From Octopus bimaculoides (Eukaryota): DNA of 39,577 nt. The position numbers and the translations under genes were made by a program. The DNA lies in NCBI RefSeq assembly GCF_001194135.2, contig NC_068988.1, forward strand, positions 35,595,029-35,634,605, written 5' to 3'. Under the pieces are notes generated by a model. It worked only from the letters and a program-made list of their open reading frames with translations. It was not told the origin of the DNA and made no database searches. Of the stretch, positions 37,591-39,577 are shown piece after piece. Position 1 is the first letter of the stretch. The number at the start of each line of letters is the position of its first letter.

Positions 37591-39130
37591 TCACGTGTTT
37601 ATCTTCAATTTCTTGCCAAGTGCCGTTCCAACTTACTGTATAATTGATAGACCATTAAAATAAACACACGAGATTATTCAAATTCAAAATAAGATAAAAT
37701 TATGTAGAAAAAAAGTTTACATGGAAAGTAATCGTTCTCACAGAGACATGCTCTTCCCAACTTGTCAACTATTTTGATTTTATAATTCCGATATATTAAC
37801 CATTGTAGATATTTGTCAAGTGTGTCATATCTTGATTCATACTTTACTGGTACTAAAACTTTACATCCAGAGATTAAGTGGCCTATTGATTCAATCTCAT
37901 CATTGCAGAATCGGCACTTTGTGTCTGCTCCACTTTTCATCACTTCAGCTTGGTAGTTTTAGGTCAGTACGCTTTGTCCATGAGCAGCTAAGGTGAAACC
38001 TTCGCTCTCTGCCTTTAGCCCTGAGCTTTGCAGCTGCTTATCGGTGCGCTTTAATTCAGTATTTAGCTTGTTTGCTACAGGAAACGTTTTCGCCAATCAG
38101 TGGTTCATGCGCATTTCCTTCTTTACCATTAATTTTACAAATTACAATTCTACAACGCTACTATTCTTTGAAAGAAAACTTGCCTCACTTCATTTAGGTC
38201 GTTCAGCCTGGGTATCATTCATTAAATCAATAACAAATTGTTTGCTCTCCTCCAAGATAGAATGAAGCTTTTTATACCTCTTATATTTTCAATATGTTTT
38301 AGCATCCAGCTGTTAAATGTTTCAAGATATTACACCAGTTCAATTTTAGTGATTTTTGTAAGAACATTCAAAGTGGATCAGTCCTCGGTTATCTTGCACT
38401 TTGGGTAGGTAAAGACGACCAATGAGTGTCTTTGTGAGTTGCAACTTATTATAAGTCAGCAGCTTACGAATTTTTCTATTAATTTTATTTAATTCTCAGA
38501 TATCTCAGTTCAACACATTGAAGCTATAAGTAATAATTGAAACTGCTAAGGAATTTATGGCTAACACTTTGTTATATGTATTTATGACTAACACCTTGTC
38601 ATGTGCCTTTAACTCAGATTTCAGAATTGCTCCTGCTCTCTTATAATGATTCTTCTCTTTCATGCTTGCATCCCGAATGCCAGAGCCTCCGTTTATGCTC
38701 AATTTCTTTTATAACTGTATTCAAAATTTAACCCGATTGAATTTAGCAATTACCCTTTCTTGAAAGTGGTTTTAGCACAATTATCAAATCTAACTCCATC
38801 CCGATGTCATCACTGAATGCTTTCACAGTAGTTAATAGGCCTTGAAACTCATCATTGTCTTTGTCATATAAAATAAGAGGCTTGCCAATTTTATAACCAC
38901 GCACTGTTCTCCTAAGTTCACTTGTAATGGGTATTAGGATTCAGCAAAAATATTAGAGGTGAAAATACCATAGTCGATGCCATTATTGTTCGAACATAGT
39001 GCTCCATTACAATGATATAACTGGAGATTCATGTTCCACAATGACATATACACCAGAAAGTTTGAAATTGCTGGAGAAATTTTGACGATGTGCCGTGATT
39101 TCAGGATCCATATAATACGGTATGCCTTTA
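37591..39130 (-). mobile_element. R4/Dong-like LINE (RT to 3' UTR), another subfamily, nuclease domain deleted
   Basis: KAY..WILKS, GIF, RFDNCAKTTFKKG, VLAINSLAVSIITYSFNVLN, RLYLPK..RGLI, CRFCNDEIESIGHLISGC..YESRYD, then a jump to LGRA...LSM*. Confidence 0.88.
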
Positions 39131-39577
39131 ACATCTCATCATGGGTATTGTGTTGAAAGCAATGGCCTTGCAATAAGCAGTACGCCCAAACCATCCTCCC
39201 CAGAGCATCGGCTCTCAAAAATCATATTTCCGAATCATCATCTTTTGACTGCAAATATTGACAAGTAACAGTTTAAACGTTGCACCAATACCAACAAAGT
39301 CAATAGTCTTGGTAGGATCTGCGAACGATCATGGGAGTTGTTGCTTTCACTAGACTCATCAGTTTCAAAAATCCAATGACAAGCCTTTGCAGCGTCATAT
39401 CCACTCCAAAAGATGCAAATGAAAAACTAGACAGATGAACGTTGATACAGGAATCCCCAGAAAAAATACGAAGACACAACACATATAGCACAACCAAATC
39501 CTAAAATAATCGATACACCCACACCCAACCTCAGTGGATGACTCAAACTTCAAACGGTCAAAATTTAACTTTAGCCC

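Noticed and set aside
39340-39375. CUGAUGA-GUCUAGU-GAAA on the minus strand
   Set aside because: No stem II, stem III or stem I pairing.
39130-39400. Possible second-clade RT motif (AFNTIPHD-like) upstream of the last Dong element
   Set aside because: Needs several frameshifts to read; too degenerate to support.

Overview
AT-rich eukaryotic (animal) genomic DNA, almost entirely repeats, with six N-gaps. The mix of (TAA)n/(TATG)n microsatellites, R4/Dong-type LINEs and tRNA-derived SINEs looks like an octopus/coleoid cephalopod genome; this is inference, not proven. Contents: at least 13 fragments of R4/Dong-like RLE non-LTR retrotransposons from several subfamilies, 10 of them at 18.9-28.9 kb and mostly bracketed by (TAA)n; an L1/Tx1-like ORF2 remnant; a Penelope-like RT remnant; a decayed full-length mariner and a second mariner 5' end; a gag-like CCHC ORF1 element with no visible ORF2; and several SINE families. 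The only host-like coding region is an intronless DZIP3/TTC3-like RING-H2 ORF (23476-23901). The most striking signal is two different minimal type-I hammerhead ribozyme motifs on the minus strand (23962-24007 and 32356-32392). The first appears to be the tail of a tRNA-headed SINE whose internal (AAT)n tract has been hit by a Dong LINE. All TE boundaries are read by eye and approximate.
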